Origin: Vicugna vicugna
Lineage: Eukaryota
Assembly: GCA_013265495.1 (NCBI GenBank)
Contig: MU057989.1
Location: 1,753,513 to 1,817,512 of the forward strand
Direction of reading: 5' to 3'
Length of the DNA stretch: 64,000 nt
The position numbers were made by a program, and so were the translations under genes. The notes below the pieces were generated by a model that saw only the letters and a list, made by a program, of their open reading frames with translations, had not been told where the DNA came from and made no database searches. Below, one piece after another: positions 23,154 through 36,734 of the stretch. Positions within the stretch are counted from its first letter, which is position 1. The number at the start of each line of letters is the position of its first letter.

Positions 23154-26100
23154 GATTTCCTGTCAAGATGGCAGAGTGGAAGGACCACGAGCTCGCCTCT
23201 TCTTGCGACTACAACAAAACCACAACTGAACGCTGAACAACCATCGATAAAAGACTGGAACCTAGCAAAAAAGATCTTCTGCAACTGGAAACATAAAGAG
23301 GGAACCACAGCGGGATGGTAAGGGGGTGTGCTCGTGATATAATTGGGCCCCATACCCCCTCAGGTGGGTGACCCACAAGCTGAAGAATAGCTAAATCCCA
23401 GAGGCCCTCCTGCATGAGTGAGAGCTCTGAGCCCAGGGTCCCACATTGGGAAGAGGAGACCCCAAGATATCTGGTTTTGAAGGCCAGGAGGGCTTGGCTC
23501 CAGGAGCCCTACAGGACTGGGGGAAACAGAGACTTCATTTTCTTGGGAAGTGTACACAGAAACTCACGTGCACCAGGACCAAGGGCAGAGGCAGTGAGTT
23601 CATAGGAACCTGGGCCAGACCTGCCTGCCGGATTTGGAGGGTCTCCTGGGGCCATGGGGGACGGCTGTGGCTCACCCAGGGAACATAAAAGCTGGTGACC
23701 ACAGACATTCCGGGAGTGTTAATCTACATGAGCTTTCCTGGAGGCTGACATCTTGATTGGATCATCAGCACCAAGACCTAGCCCCACCCAACAGCCTGTA
23801 GGGAAGCCTCAGGCCAAACAACATACAGGGTGGGAACACAGCCACACCCATCAGCAGACTTCCTGAGCCACCAACTGCCTCTAGACACAGCCCTGCCCAC
23901 CAGAGGTCCAGAACCAAGCTTCACCTGACAGTAGGCAGGCATCAACTCCTCCTGCCAGGAAGACTGCATAAGCCTCTAGTCCAGCCCCATCCACTAGGGG
24001 AAGATACTGGAAATAAGAAAATAATCCCAAAGCCTGTGGAAGGAATCCACAAACACATAGAAAGATAGAGGATATGAGGTGGCAAAGGAATATCTCCCAG
24101 GCCAAGGCACAAGATAAAATCTGAGAAGAAGAAATAAGTGATGAGGAGATAGGCAATTTTATCTGAGAAAGAGTTTAAAGTAATGATGGTGAAGATGTTC
24201 GGAGACCTCAAGAGGAGTGCAGATGCACAGAGCAATGTTTTTAGCAAAGAGTTGGAAAATATAAAGAATACCCAAACAGAGTTGAAGAATAAAATCACTG
24301 AAATGAACAATACACTAGAAGGAACCGAGAATAGACTAAATGAGGCAGAAGAACGGATCAGTGAGCTACAAGACAGATTAGTGGAAATCACTACTTCAGA
24401 ATAGAAAAAAGAAAAAAAAATGAAAAGAAATGAGGATAGTTTAAGAGAACTCTGGGACAGCATGAAATGCACTAATATTCACATTATAGGGGTCCCAGAA
24501 AGAGAAAGAACCTGAGAAAGTTTTTGGAGAAATAATAACCAAACACTTCCCCAACTTGGGAAAGAAAACAGTCAGCCGAGTCCAGGAAGCACGGAGTTCC
24601 ACACAGGATCAACCCAAAGAGGAGCACACCAAAGCACACAGTCATCAAATTGACAACAATTAAGGATAAGGAGAAATTTTAAAATTAGCAAGAGAAAAGC
24701 AACAAATAACATACAAGGGAACTCCCATAAGGTTATCAGCTGACTTTTCAGCAGAAACTCTACAGGCCAGAAGGGAGTGACACGATATATTTAAAGTGAT
24801 GCAAGGAGGAAACTTACAACCAAGAACAATCTATCCAGCAAGGCTCTCGTTCAGGCTTGATGGAGAAAACAAAAGATTCACAGATAAACAAAAGCTAAAA
24901 GAATTCAGCACCACTAAACCTGTTTTACAACAAATGTTAAAGGAACTTCTCTAGTCATCAAACCATAAGAAAAGAGAACAAAAAGAAGAAAGAGGAAAAA
25001 AAAAGAGACCTACAAAAAATTGCTTTGGCTGTTCAGGGTCTCATGTAGTTCCTTGTAAATTCTGGAATTGTTTGTTCTAGTTCTGTGAGGAATGTCGCGA
25101 GTACTTTGATGGGGGTTGCGTTGGATCTGTGGATTGCTTTTGGGTAGTGTGGCCATTTTGATAGTGTGATTTTTCCAATCCAAGAGCACAAGAAATCTTT
25201 CCATTTCTTTGTGTCATTTAGGTTTTGGGAGTATCGGTAACTTCCTTAGTTAAGTTTATTTCTAGGTATTTTGTTGTTTTTGATATAATGGAAATGTCTC
25301 TGCCAGTTGTAAAATTCTGGTTTTTGAAGTGAAAAAAAAAAGTGAACGAAGGGCCGCAAATGGCAAAATATCCTTCTTTTTTATGGGTGAGTTGTATTCC
25401 ATTACACATATATATATGTGTGTGTATGTATATATATATGCTGCATCTTCATTATCTATTCAACTATTGATGTGCACTGAGGATGTTTCCGTATCTTGGC
25501 AATTATAAATAATGATGCTGTTAATAGCAGGGTGTATGTATCTTTTTGAGTCAAGTCTTATTTTGTGGTTGGCTTTATTCCTTTGACAAGTATGTAAGTT
25601 AAAAAAGCTAAAGCTCTATACATTCTTAGAAACAATGAACAGTACATATATGTAAATTTAAAAATATATGTTCAGTAAGAAAATAAAAAAAGATCAAGCC
25701 ATGAAAGACATGGAAGAAACTTAAAAGATGTATTACTAAATGAAAGAAGCCAGTTTGAAAAGGCTGCAAACTAACTGTACAATTCCAACCAAATGACATT
25801 CTGGAAAAGGCACAGCTACAGAAACAAAAAGATCGTGGTTTCCAGGGGTTTGGGGAGAGGGAGGGAGGGAGGGAGGAATAAACAGATGGAGCACAAGGGA
25901 TTTCCAGGGCAATGAAATTATTCTGTACGATACTATAGTGGTGGCTACATGTCATGCATTTGTCAAAACCTATAGAATGTACAATATCAAGAGTGAACCC
26001 TAATGTAAACTGTGGACTTTGGTTGGTAATAATGTGCCCATGTTGGTTCATCGATTGTACCAAATATGCCACACTGATGAGGGAGGTTGAGGGTAGGGGA

Positions 26101-26209
26101 GTATGTATGTGTGGGTGGGGAGGGCTATGTGAGAATTCTTGGTATTTTCTGCTCAATTCTGCTGTGAAACTGAAACTGCTCTAAAAGAAATAAGTCTATT
26201 TAAAAAAAA
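23154..26209 (+). mobile_element. Full-length ORF1-only L1 derivative (HAL1-like), ~3.06 kb
   Basis: L1 5'UTR start (tcaagatggcagagtgg), decayed ORF1 at about 24074-24954 (ELKNKITEMNNTLEG..RLNEAEERISEL), no sense ORF2, L1MC-like 3' end, poly(A), and TSD atYcacagaatccc at 23140-23153 and 26210-26223. Confidence 0.8.
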
Positions 26210-26339
26210 ATTCACAGAATCCCTTCAAGTTTACAGCATGAGCTGTTAAAGAACATTTGCAGACACTCATCATGTTTACACTAAAAGTATTTAAAACAAA
26301 CTCAGATTGCTGTATGTGAATCATACCTTCATAAAGTTA

Positions 26340-26882
26340 CTTTTTTTAATTGACGTGTAGTTGATTTACAATGTTGTGTTCATTTAAGGTGTACAGCAAA
26401 GTGATTCGGTTATACATATATATTCCTTTTCATATTCTTTTTTATTATAGGTCATTACAAGTTATTGAATATAGTTCCCTGTGATACACAGTAGGGCCTT
26501 GTTGTTTATCTATTTTATATATAGTAGTGTGTATCTGCTAATCCCAGACTCCTAATTAATCCCCCATGCCCCCTTTCCCCATTGGTAATCATAGTTTGTT
26601 TTCTATGTCCATGAGTCTATTTCTGGTTTGTAATAAGTTCATTTTTATCATTTTTTTTAAGATTCTCATATAAGCCACATCATACGATATTTGTCTTTGT
26701 CTGGCTTTCTTCACTTAGTGTGACAATCTCCAGGTCCATCCATGTTGCTGCAATATTTCATTCTTTTTTATGGCTGAGTAATAATATTTTATTGTATGTA
26801 TATACCACATCTTCTTTATCCAGTCATCTGTCAATGGACACTTAGGTTGCTTCAGTGTCTTAGCTGTTGTAAATAGTGCTGG
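26340..26882 (-). mobile_element. L1 3' end
   Basis: gtgtacagcaaagtgattc..ccaggtccatccatgttgctgca..ggacacttaggttgct. Confidence 0.85.
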
Positions 26883-27947
26883 ATGCAGGCTCTCTGGACT
26901 GGCAGGCAGGGAGAGTCCAGCCCTGTCTTTCCCCATCTCCTGTCCTACCTCACTTCTCATTCTTGCAAAGCTCACCCCTGTCCTGAAACCAGACCCCAAA
27001 TTTCTCCTCAGGCTCTAGGCTGTAATTATCTGCAGCCACCTGGAGCAGCATGGTCTCTGTCATCATCCTGTGTTCCTGGAACCAGAAGGAAGGGAGGATG
27101 CAGACAGGGCCTGGGCTGGGGACTATGTAGGACCTTGTAGGGGGTGAGGAGTGCGGCTGCGGACTGGTCCTCCGTCTTTGCACACACAAGAACCTTTTTT
27201 GCCTCCAGTCCATCCAGGCCCTTCCTGTTCTCAGAGATGGGAATAAATAGCCCCTCCTGCAGAAGTGCTTCCCTGATGCCATCCCCTTTCCCCACCCACC
27301 AGCTGAAATGGTCTCCCACTCCTCCATTGTCAAACTCTCCCAACAAATAGAAGATGCAGGAGGTGGAGCCAAGGAGTGTTCTGCCCAGTGTCATCTGGTT
27401 TCCACTCCCCGACCCTCCGCCACAAGCAGAGTCACAGCTGCTCACCTCTTCCTCTTCCGGGTGGTTGATCTCACTCCCTCGGAAGGCAGACAGCCAGAGT
27501 CCTTCAGAAAGAGCCCTCTGGTTTTTGCTAGCCCGCTATCCCCACCCCTTCTCAAGCTGCACTGCCACAAGGTTCCACTAGGGGGCGGGCATGCACAGAA
27601 ATCAGGACTTGAACCTAATCCAAGGTCTCGGCCCAGAGAAACAGGGACAGAGAGGCTGAAGCTCAGGGATCTTGTAACACAACCCTTTTCGCTGATGCAC
27701 AGGGAGGCTGAGGACTCAGGCAGGAAGGGTCTGCGCCATTACTGATGTGTCAGTTAACTTGGAGGGACCTCATTTCACTCTCGTTCCACAGGTACCACCT
27801 GAGGGAGAGGCTGAGTCCAGCTCAGACAAAACCTCACAGCAGCTTTTCAGTAAGGCCGCTTGGCTACTTCACCAGCCTAGGGAACTGGGACCAGTGTCTT
27901 GTGTGGAGCCTCCATTCACTTATCTCTAAAATGGGCATGACAGAAGT

Positions 27948-28440
27948 TTTGGTATATTTATACAGTGGCAAACTACTCACCATAAAAAAGAATAAAATAA
28001 TGCCACTTGCAGCAACATGGATGGACCTGGAGATCATCATTCTAAGTGAAGTAAGCCAGCAGGAGAAAGAAAAATACCATATGATATCACATATCTGGAA
28101 TCTTAAAAAAAAGACACAAACGAACTTACTTAAAAAACAGAAACAGACTCACATACATACAAAAAAAAATTATGTTACCAGGGAGGGAAAGGGGGTGGGG
28201 AGGGATAAATTGGGAGTTGGAGATTGGCAGATACTAACTACTACGTATAAAATAGATAACCAACAAGTTTCTTCTGTATAGCACAGGGAACTATATTCAG
28301 TATCTTATAGTAACCTATAATGAGAAAGACTATGGAAAGGATACATGTATGTATATGTATGACTGAAACATTATGCTGTACATGAGATATTGACACAGCA
28401 TTATAAACTGACTATACTTCAATTAAAAAAAAAGAAACAA
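27948..28440 (+). mobile_element. L1 3' end
   Basis: gcagcaacatggatggacctggagatc..tatagcacagggaactatattc followed by an A-rich tail. Confidence 0.85.
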
Positions 28441-30295
28441 AGGAATAAAAGGAACAAAACAAAAACAATAGAAAAATAGAACATTTCAGTGGCTTTCATC
28501 TTTTTCTGACTATCCGAAGAAATACATTTTAAATTGTGAAAAAATAAATTAAAGAAAAATCAAATGGGTATGACATCCCAGCTCACAGGAGCAGTGATGA
28601 GGCTTTCACGAGACAAGGTTTGCATGTTTTGACAGCTCAAGGCTCAGGACCAGGTATCTCTTTTCCCAGGCCTCAATCCTGGTCCCCCCTGATCAGCCAC
28701 GAGGCTCACTCACTTCCAGATCATCCTCCATCACACTGTCCAGCATCAGGAGGTCAATGTGGATTGTTTCAGGAGAGGGGACGACACTCAGTGCCATCAG
28801 GGCGGGGTGGGAGGAGCCCTTGCTCTTAGGCTTCCTTGCAGAGTGAGGACTTCCTAACAAGTCTTCACCCTCTGCCTCCTGGCCCACCCCTGAGGTTTCC
28901 ACACCGAACAACCAAGAACCCTTGTTAGCCTCCCCTCCCTTTCCCTCCCTGCACCCTCCAAGAGCACCAGGAGCCTCCTAATCTCCCAAGACCTGCACTT
29001 TGGCAAATCTCAGGGTAATTGATCTTTGGCTCCTTCCAACATCCATCCTGCACCTGACTCTTCCAGGCCCCTCTCCTGGTCATCACAAAGGAGGATTTCA
29101 GGCCACGTGGCAATAGGAAGCAGAACTGGAGGAGAAAGTCCTGTCCTCTCTTGACTTTGAAACCTCTGCCTGGCGAGGAGAGCCCCCTCTCCTCTGACCC
29201 TCGAGTCCTCTGACCCTCATGGGACGTTTCCCTTCTTCGGCATCTCCCTCTGGGCTCTCTGGAGCTTCTCTGCCAGGGCGGCAGACTTGCAGGACCACTC
29301 CCCCAAGGGTCCAGGACAGGGTCATGGAAGCCATACTTCCGTCACCCACCTCCCCCAGCATCCATCATCATTCCCTGGACACCTGACACAAGTCATCTGG
29401 GACAATGACACTCCAAAGTCCAGCAAGTTCTGTTCCCAGACAATCCCAGCTCCAGCACACACTCAGTACATGACCTTGGGACTGCAGCCTCGACTGGAAA
29501 GGAAGATCTAAGCATCCACCAGTTCCCAGACACTTCTCATGAGCTTCCGGGGCATGTGTCTCTGCTGCCTAGGGACCTGGTGAGGATTCTGACCGTGACT
29601 GACCAGCAGTGACTGTGTAGGGGCGCAGCAGGAGTCACAGCATGAACACACATCTGCCTCTGGTCTAGCCACGCAGACCCAAGACCAGGCAGTGTATCTG
29701 TGCACTGGCCCACGGGCCTCCCCCACAGGGCCCGTCTGGAAGGGTGCCCTCCTCTTGGAGGTGTGGTAAAGACAAAGGAGCAGCAGGGGCCTGGCAGAGG
29801 ACAGACTGGGCTGGCTTAGGGAAGAAAGTTACCCCCACCCACCCCGTCCCCCTAGCAGCCTGGAAGAAGCCACCCAGCAGGAGGGACCAGTGTGGAAGTC
29901 AGAGATGCTTGTATCGCTGCCTTAGCATCACAGCCTCCCCTCCTGGAGCAGCCCAGCCATCAGCACTTTATCTCACCACCAGGACCTCTCACCCCTCAAC
30001 CTGCCTGTGGATAAAACAAGCCCCTCTTCCTATCAACCCAGAGAAAAGTGGAGTTTTCCAAAAAACTTTAAGTGAGAAACTAAAACCCACATCCTGCCCA
30101 GTCCCCCATCCCCCTTCTCCCCTCCTGTCTGAGGCCAGCAGGCGGGCACCTGGCCCCGATCCGAACCTGCCCCACTTCTGGACAGCCCACCAGGATGGAT
30201 GGAGACTGGGTTTTGCTTCCAAAACTATCATTCCTGAGCCATTTGGTGCATTTTAAGACAGCGTGTCTTCATAAACTCGTGTTTCTTTGTCTTTT

Positions 30296-30425
30296 AATTT
30301 TTATTTTATAATTTTTAGGGGAGATAATTGGGTTTGTTTCTTTGTGTCATGGAGGTAGTGGGGATTGAGCCCAGGACATCGTACATGCTAAGCACAAGCT
30401 CTACCATTGAGCTGTACGCTCCCCG
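30296..30425 (-). mobile_element. vic-1-type SINE
   Basis: gggattgagcccaggac..catgctaagcac..ctctaccattgagct. Confidence 0.8.
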
Positions 30426-31689
30426 GACCCTCATTTCCTTGGTTTTGGCATCCTGTGTCTGCCTGCCTTCTAACCCTCTTGGGTTCCCGTTTCCAACGCT
30501 GTGCCAGCCTCTTGGACTTGACAGAACCTGGCCGTCTGCACTCTCTAACCCCAGTCAACCCTCATTCTCAGACCCTTCCCATAATGGTGGTGGGTTCAGA
30601 TGACAGACCAATACATAAGCCAAGAAAATTTTAGCACCTGTGAATGCGGAACTACACAGGTGATCTACTGGAAGGCAGCATCCAGAGAACACGGGATTTG
30701 GAGTGAGACCAACGCTCGTTCTCTCAACACCACACCAACCTGCAAAAGCTAACCAGGGTCAGGCCAGATGGGAGACAGACACATCTTCTAATCTTTGTGG
30801 TCACCCTCTCTGAGTTCAGGTTTCCTGAGCTATAAGGTGAGAATAATGATACCTAGACCTAGAGACACTTTCAGAATCAAATAGCACGTGTAAGAGCTTC
30901 CCGTGGTGCCCAGCACACAGGCACTGAGCCCAGTGTATCGATGACATTGGACTGAAGTGGTGACGGGTGGGTTTCACCACATGAGTTACAGCAGGCAAGC
31001 ACTGTTGGCACAGCTATTTTAGAAAGTTAATAACCTTAGTTTCTGGTCTTAATCTGATCATCTCTTCTCCCTCCAGGAAAAGTCCTCCCAGAAGCCCCAC
31101 CCTATAGTCCCCATAAAAGACAATGGTTCTCCTTGTCAATTCACTGATGCTCTTCTCCATGAGAAGTGTGTGCTGAACGTCACCATGGCCAAGCTGTCCG
31201 CCTGGCTACAGGAAAAGACAATAATGTGACAACAGAGCAATAGGCTATTGGGATTTTTTTTTCCCAAATAAGCACAAAGTAATGTAAAAGAGAATGCAAG
31301 TTTTGACAGATTAAATACCTTTTCTCCAATTCTCTATCCCTCAGAATGCTTTTGGAACTTTCTTCCTAAAAGTCTGGTAAGAGCCAATTCTTCACTCCTT
31401 CACACAGCCTCATTATCTTACAGACACATCTTGAAGGTTAAAACTGTGACCTATTTGAGTGCTTTCCTTTATACGTAAGGATGTCACTGCTTAGCATTAT
31501 GAATTATGTATCTTGCTGTTGGTCTTTATCTGCAGTTGGAGGCGTTAGTCAGTTGCATTCTCTAGTTTGAGTTTTTGTTTTGCTTTAGCTGTTGTTTGCA
31601 GACAAACAAAAAAGGGTCTATTGATGGACACTGGAATCAACTCACCAACTGATGTAATCAGTTCTGATGGGATTTTTTAAAAATAGAAA

Positions 31690-34140
31690 CGACTTAAGGA
31701 TAAAAATGACATGATCATCTCAATAGATGCAGAAAAAGCATCTGAAAAAATTCAACACCTACTTATGGTAAAAAATCTTACCGAAGTGGGTATAGAGAGA
31801 AATATCTTAACGTAATAAAAGCTATTTATGACAAACTCACAGCCAACATAATAGTCAATGATGAAAATTTAGCCTTCCTACTAAAATCTGGAACAAGGAA
31901 AGGATGCCCACTCTCACTTCTATTCAACATAGTATTGGAAGTCCTGGCCACAGCATGTGAACAAGAAAAAGAAATAAAAGGGATCCAAACTGGACGGGAA
32001 GAGGTAAAATTGTCACTTTATGTAAATAACATGATACTATATAGAGAAAACCCTAAAGACTCCACACAAAAACTACTAGAGCTGATAAATACAGCAACCT
32101 TGCAGGATAAAGATTAACATACGGAAATGCTGCATTTCTTTACACTAACAATGAAATATCAGAAAAGGAAAGTTAAAAAAAATCCCTTTTAAAAATCACA
32201 AAATCACATTAAAAAAAAAACTTAGGAATAAACCTGATCAAGGAGGTGAGAGACTTTTATGCAGAGAACTATAAAACATTGATTAAGGAAACTAAAGATG
32301 ATTTAAAGAAATGGAAAGATAGCCCATGCTCTTGCATTGGAAAATTAGTATTGTTAAAATGGCCATACTATCCAAAGCAATCTTTACCCAGGACATTTTC
32401 CACAGAACTAGAACAAATAATCATAAATTTTATACAGAATCACAAAAGACCCAGAACTGCCAAAGCAATACTGAAGAAAAAGAATGAAGTTCAAGGAATA
32501 ACCCTTCCATACTTCAGACAATACTACAAAGCTACAGTAATCAAAACAGCATGGCATCAGCACAAAAACAGACATATGTATCAATGGAAGAGAACAGAGA
32601 GCCCAGAATAAACCCACACACCTATGGTCAATTAATCTTTGACAAAGGAGGCAAGAATATACAATGGAAAAAAGGCAGTCTCTTCAACAGGTGGTGTATT
32701 CCCACTGGACAGCTGCATATAAGTCAATGAAATTAGAACACTCCCTCATACTATACACAAAAGTAAACTCAAAATGGCTTAAAGGCTAAATAAAACAGGA
32801 CACCATAAATCTAATAGAATAGAACATAGGCAAAACATACTCTGATATAAATCATAGCAATATTCTCCTAGGGCAGTCTACCAAGGCAATAGAAACAAAA
32901 GCAAAAATAAACAAATGGGACCTAATTAAACTTATAAGCTTTTGCACCACAAAGGAAACCATAAATAAAATGAAAAGGCAACCTACAGAATGGGAGAAAA
33001 TATTTGCATTTGACTTACAAGGGCTTAATTTTCAGAATATATAAACAGCTCATACAACTCAATAACAAAAACCAAACACCCAATGAAAAATGGGCAGAAG
33101 ACCTAAACAAACATTTCTCCAGTGAAGACATATAAATGGCCAAGAGGCACATAAAAAGATGCTCAATATTGCTAATTATCAGAGAAATGCAAATCAAAAC
33201 TACAGTGAGGTATCACCTCACACCAGTCAGAATGACCATCATCAAAAAATCCACAAACAATAAATGCTAGAGAGGGCGTGGAGAAAAGGAACCCTCCCAC
33301 ACTGTTGGTGGGAATGTAGTTTGGCACAGCCACTATGGAAAACAGTATGGAAAACTCCTCAAAAAAACAAAATAGACTCACCATATGATCCAGCAATCCC
33401 ACTCCTGGGCATATATCTAGATGAAATTCTAATTGAAAAAGACACATGCACCCCAATGTTCATAGCAGCACTATTTACAATAGCCAAGACAGGGAAGAAA
33501 CCTAAATGTCCATTGATAGATGACTGGATAAAGAAGTTGTAGTATATTTATACAATGGAATACAACTCAGCCATAAAAAAGGAATGAAAGAATTCCATTT
33601 GCAGCAACATGGATGGACCTGGAGATTGTCAGTCTAAGTGAAGTAAGTCAGAAAGAGAAACATAACATATATTGCTTATATGTAGAATCAAAAAAAAAGA
33701 CACAAATGAACTTATTTATAAACTAGAAACAGACTCACAGACGTAGAAAACAAACTTATGGTTACCAGTGGGTAAAGGGGGTGGGGAGGGAAAAATTGGG
33801 ATTTGGGGTTTTTTTTGGGGGGGGTGATTAGGTTTATTTCTTTATCTTTAGAGCAGGTACTGGGAATTGAACTCAGCACCTTGTGCATCCTAAGCATGTG
33901 TTCTACCACTGAGCTATACCCTCCCCACTGGGATTTTAGATACTAGCTACCATACATATAATAGATTAAACAACAAGGTCCTACTGTATAGCAGGGAACT
34001 ATATTCAATACCTAGCAATGGCCTATAATGAAAAAGAATATAAAAAGGAATATATATATATATATATAAATGAATCACTATGCTGTACACCAGAGACTAA
34101 CACAACATTGTAAATTGACTATATTTCAATAAAAAATAAA
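31690..34140 (+). mobile_element. 5'-truncated L1 (RT C-terminal half and 3'UTR) with a nested SINE at ~33805-33927(-)
   Basis: ORF2 remnants [38 protein letters not shown] and PYDPAIPLLGIY; several frameshifts. Confidence 0.92.
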
Positions 34141-34418
34141 AGGATTGAATTTTACTGCTCTGATTTACTAGTATTATAACTAATAATTTGTAAGATTGAA
34201 ATTTTTATTCCCGAGGAGCTCAGTTAGAAAGATACGCTGAACACAACTTCATTTTTGTTTTTACTTAGATTACTGGTAGAGAAAACAAATATAAATGTTC
34301 CCTATTAAAAGAATACCGCAAAAGTGAAAATTCAGCTATCGCTCTACAAAAGGATTAATCATAGCTTCTCTTAAAAAAAACTGCAAACTGTCATAATGTG
34401 TCATCTTAAATATGGTTG

Positions 34419-34550
34419 AGGGGGGAGGGTATAGCTCAGTGGTAGAGCCCGTGCTTAGCATACATAAGGTCCTGGGTTCAATCCCCAATACCTCCTCTAA
34501 AAGTAAATAAATAAACAAACCTAATTACATAACCCCTAAAAAAAACAAAA
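34419..34550 (+). mobile_element. vic-1-type SINE
   Basis: ggggagggtatagctcagtggtagagc..ggtcctgggttcaatcccc. Confidence 0.88.
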
Positions 34551-35902
34551 AGTGCCACACATTTGAAAAATAAAATTTCAATGTGGTTGAGTTTATATGA
34601 CACTTCAGGAATCCATCCATCAGAAAAACAAGGTTTTGGTGTGTTATTGGCAGGTTATCATGATGCTACACTTTCTAATATCCACATTCCACTGATCGAA
34701 GATTATCTCTTCTCTTATAAAGCAACAACAATTCTTTTCTAATCCAGTATATGGTCCATTAGTCAGAAAACATGAATGTATATGTGGAGAGAATTCAGAC
34801 CATCAGGACGGGCTGACTCCACAGCACCGCGGTTTCATGTGCTAGTTAGAAGAACAGGTTTGAACCTTAATCTTCTAATCTGCTTGAGTCATTCAATTTT
34901 GAGTTGCTTTGCATGCACTTTCAGCTTATTTCTGAAGGTCATTCTGTTTCTTGTGATTCTTGTGTGATTTTCCCAGCTGATTTGCTATCTGCTCCACTAA
35001 TATTTCACCACTTTAGCAGAAAAGGATTTCTTTTAAATTCCCTGAAGTTGAAGAGATAAAACTTCTAAATTTTTCAGTGTATTTAAATTTAATGTATCAG
35101 TGTTTTCCAGGCTTTTCACAGAGGCAAAATTAATTATGTGGGTTTTTTTTTAAGTGGCTGGTTTTTTTTTTTCATCTTCCCTATAGCAAACAAATGCAAG
35201 GAAATTGACAAAGTAAATGCCATATAATTGTAATCAGCAATGAACTTTACACATTATATACTTATTATGGAAATGACTTCCAAGGCTAAGCAAAATTGTA
35301 CTAAAAAGTTTCAGGATGCAAAGGTAACATAAGAAGTGTAGAAAATAAGGGAATCATGAAGAAGCACCATCCTAGGGTTTGAATTCTAGAAACGGCAATA
35401 AATCTGAATTCTAATAGCAGCTCTCATTGATCTTGGACAAATCACTTCATTTAATTGCTGTAAATAAACTTCCCTCTTTAAAATGATTATAAAAATGCCC
35501 ACAGTGTCTGTGAGTATATTACAATATTACCCAATTGTTACGTTGTGAAGCACTGAGGAAATTTAAATTCTGCTATGAAGATGGTTGAGTATACACTGTC
35601 ACACAGACATGACAGACAACTTGACAATCACCTACCTTATTTTGTTTACATTTTGATTACTGTCTGAGGACAGTACAGCTACCTGAAAGAAAAAGGATGT
35701 GCGAAAATATGTCCAGATCATACATTTTTAAAATTCCTTCCTAAAAATAGTCACTTTCCTTTGGAATATAGTAATCATATACCACTGGCTCTCCAGAAAA
35801 CATAAATTAAAGAAATATGTCCTCTTTCATTATCATTAGAGAAATATTTACACTTCCCTTGGACAGTAGTTAAGAACTATTTCCTTCAGGGTACATGTTA
35901 CT

Positions 35903-36038
35903 GGGGGAGAGGGTATAACTCAGTGGTAGAGTGTGTGCTTAGCATGCACAAGGTCCTGGGATCGATCCCCCATATCTCCAGCAAAAATAATAAACAAACA
36001 AACAAATAAACAAACCTAATTCCCACCTCCCCCCAAAA
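35903..36038 (+). mobile_element. vic-1-type SINE
   Basis: SINE head and tail with TSD ggtacatgttact. Confidence 0.88.
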
Positions 36039-36734
36039 AGGTACATGTTACTTATAAACTCCTTGGAGGCAGAAATCATATTTCTCCATCTATTATACTC
36101 CCATGCAACCAGGAGAGGGCCTCCCACAAAACATGAGGCTCTATAAATGTTTCATAAGCTGTTTCGTCTGCTTAGGGCTGGAATGGAAGATAAACCAAGG
36201 CTGCTGTTCTCAAGGAATGACTCACACATGGTAAACCGTCTTAGGGAACTGCAACACAGTGTGCTGTAATAAAGGTGTGTACAGAATACTTGAGCTCACG
36301 AAAAATGGGGAGGTTGCCAAGAGCTCTTTACAGAAAGGTGACATTTTAGTCTAAGGACAGATAAGAACTCACCATGCATAAAAGAAGCAGACAAGGAAAA
36401 CACAGTGTGTGGTCCAATGTCTAAAGCACAGAGCAGGTGCAGGAAGTGGTGGACGGCAATGAAACTGGGCCAGTTTTTAAGGGTCTTGTGTTCTGTACCA
36501 AAGAATTGGATTTTACCCTCTAGACAAGTAGTTTTCCAAAGCAGGAGGGCGCTCACTCAAGAGCATATGCCAAATGAATATACATATGTATATGTATGAC
36601 TGAAACGCGATGCTGTACACCAGAAAGTGACATAGCATTGTAAACTGACTATACTTCAATTTTAAAAAATACTTTAAAAAAACCAACGTAAGGAACATAT
36701 ATATGTATAATACTTTAACGGGGAAAAGAAGAAA

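Noticed and set aside
23942..24472. 176-aa hydrophobic minus-strand ORF
   Set aside because: Antisense reading of the A-rich L1 ORF1.
29640..29730. Ig/TCR V-like DQAVYLC motif
   Set aside because: No upstream Cys/Trp framework, in-frame stops just upstream, and no convincing recombination signal.
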